From assembly GCF_963921235.1 (NCBI RefSeq), contig NC_086107.1, positions 96,970,001 through 97,034,000 on the forward strand: a stretch of 64,000 nt of DNA. Reading direction: 5' to 3'. Position numbers and translations under genes: made by a program. This DNA comes from Mobula hypostoma (Eukaryota). Below, one piece after another: positions 63,961 to 64,000 of this stretch. Within the stretch, counting starts at the first letter, position 1, and every line of letters begins with the position of its first letter. The notes below the pieces were generated by a model. That model did not search any database, was not told the DNA's origin, and saw nothing but the letters and a program-made list of their open reading frames with translations.

Positions 63961-64000
63961 TAAATAAATAAACATACATACATATACTGCCCTGAAACTC

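Noticed and set aside
61326..64000. Search for the receptor's cysteine-rich ligand-binding exon
   Set aside because: The region is occupied by a probable solo LTR, a CR1 remnant and a GA tract. No DxL-containing cysteine-rich exon was seen.

Overview
This is eukaryotic, repeat-dense vertebrate DNA. It is most likely from a cartilaginous fish (ray or shark), inferred from the mix of V-domain SINEs, CR1, Rex1-like, RTE and Penelope-like elements. Most ORFs in the track are noise or transposon fragments. One host gene is visible, on the minus strand: two spliceable coding exons (61119-61325, stalk plus transmembrane; 55911-56239, cytoplasmic tail) of a BAFF/APRIL-receptor family TNFR. The tail carries the motif DHSFPLPATELGATVLVTTKT, closest to TNFRSF13C/BAFF-R but with BCMA-like features. 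The ligand-binding exon is not evident and probably lies beyond 64000. The largest mobile element is a complete but disabled Gypsy/Ty3 LTR retrotransposon (40993-45512, 229-bp LTRs, CTGGG target-site duplication) nested in a Rex1-like LINE. It lacks a tRNA primer-binding site and instead shows LTR-complementary sequence suggestive of self-priming. Other notable items are a Penelope-like GIY-YIG element with many short, often palindromic derivatives carrying minimal hammerhead ribozyme motifs, and a degraded full-length RTE LINE with its short bipartite derivatives. There are also several multi-level nested insertions. No prokaryote-type system (CRISPR, operon) is present.
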